64,000 nucleotides of DNA from Cetorhinus maximus (Eukaryota): positions 25,482,001 through 25,546,000 of the forward strand of contig NC_135882.1 in assembly GCF_964194155.1 (NCBI RefSeq). The letters are read 5' to 3'. Of the stretch, positions 63,695 to 64,000 are shown piece after piece; the first letter of the stretch is position 1; every line of letters begins with the position of its first letter. The position numbers and the translations under genes were made by a program. The notes beneath the pieces were generated by a model. It was not told the origin of the DNA, ran no database searches, and saw nothing but the letters and a program-made list of their open reading frames with translations.

Positions 63695-64000
63695 AGTCCT
63701 AAAGGACATAGCTGCTAGACTGGGTCTGCAGCAGGTGGTGAGGGAACCAAGAAGAGGAAAAAACCTATTTGGCCTTACCCTCACCTACCTGCTTGCCGCA
63801 AATGCATCTGTCCATGACAGTATCGGTAGGAGTAACCACCACACAGTCATTGTCGAGACGAAGTCCCACCTTCACATTGATGATCCCCTCCATCATATTG
63901 TGTTACACTACCACCGTGCTAAGCGGGATATATTTCGATTAGATCTAGCAACTCAAGACTGGGCATCCATGAGGTGCTGTGGGCCATCAGTGACAGCAGA
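63695..64000 (+). mobile_element. LINE family A endonuclease-region fragment, opposite orientation, runs off the window end
   Basis: VLKDIAARLGLQQVVREP.RGKN...ASVHDSIGRSNHHTV; homologous to the reverse complement of 24360-24640. Confidence 0.88.

Noticed and set aside
1-64000. Prokaryotic-type systems (CRISPR array, operons, defence islands)
   Set aside because: No regularly spaced repeat-spacer array and no dense intact ORFs; the content is vertebrate transposon debris

Overview
This is eukaryotic, gene-poor, repeat-dense vertebrate DNA. The repeat complement (Deu-domain SINEs, CR1-like LINEs, Penelope pLTR hairpins, many PIF/Harbinger elements) points by inference to a cartilaginous fish, probably a shark. 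I found no intact host protein-coding gene, rRNA, tRNA gene or CRISPR array; almost all listed ORFs are transposon fragments or antisense noise. Supported content: (1) several decayed PIF/Harbinger elements carrying HARBI1-like DDE transposase and Myb/SANT partner remnants, plus a Harbinger-type MITE family with 3-bp TSDs; (2) one two-LTR Gypsy (Mag-like) provirus with a 5-bp TSD; (3) a 1.25-kb solo LTR with a 4-bp TSD nested in a LINE; (4) two LINE families and several SINEs; (5) Penelope-derived inverted-repeat elements with degenerate minimal hammerhead ribozyme motifs; (6) hAT and Tigger-like fossils; (7) a few candidate non-coding exons and possible conserved non-coding elements. All family assignments are from motif recognition by eye, not database searches. 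I cannot support a wholly new biological system. The best leads are the hammerhead-bearing fold-back Penelope derivatives, the intron-containing two-gene Harbingers, and the hairpin-rich MITE.
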